From the NCBI GenBank assembly GCA_964016885.1, contig OZ024743.1, forward strand, positions 246,512,001 to 246,576,000: 64,000 nt of DNA. The letters are read 5' to 3'. This DNA comes from Eledone cirrhosa (Eukaryota). The position numbers and the translations under genes are program-made. Positions 63,924 through 64,000 of this stretch are shown one piece after another (positions within the stretch are counted from its first letter, which is position 1; each line of letters starts with the position of its first letter). The notes under the pieces were generated by a model. It was not told the DNA's origin. It was given only the letters and a program-made list of their open reading frames with translations, and made no database searches.

Positions 63924-64000
63924 GACTGGAGTATGTATGTATATATGTGTGTGTCTATACGTGTGTATATAAAGATAAGTTGAGTATGAAAATGTATACA

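Overview
Animal (eukaryotic) DNA, almost entirely repeats. The SINE and RTE tail sequences look like those of octopod cephalopods (inference from recall, not a search). No intact multi-exon host gene is evident. The window holds a 62-bp satellite, RTE LINEs with a C4HC3 PHD-like finger inside the RT, a Helitron with an empty-site paralog, five Tx1/L1-clade copies sitting in simple repeats, two CRE-type RLE fragments, a young complete Gypsy LTR element plus a decayed relative, a Penelope element and several hammerhead ribozyme motifs, hAT and Tc1/mariner MITEs, a Buster-type hAT transposase remnant and three tRNA-Ser(CGA) genes. Best leads: (1) the Gypsy primer-binding site matches the first 12 nt of tRNA-Phe rather than a tRNA 3' end; (2) Tx1 copies repeatedly inserted at one TATC site of a minisatellite; (3) a non-coding hammerhead element whose repeat starts exactly at the predicted cleavage site; (4) a 2.3-kb orphan insertion with a BACK-like ORF that separates a tRNA gene from a conserved upstream motif. 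All coordinates were read by eye and element boundaries may be off by a few bases.
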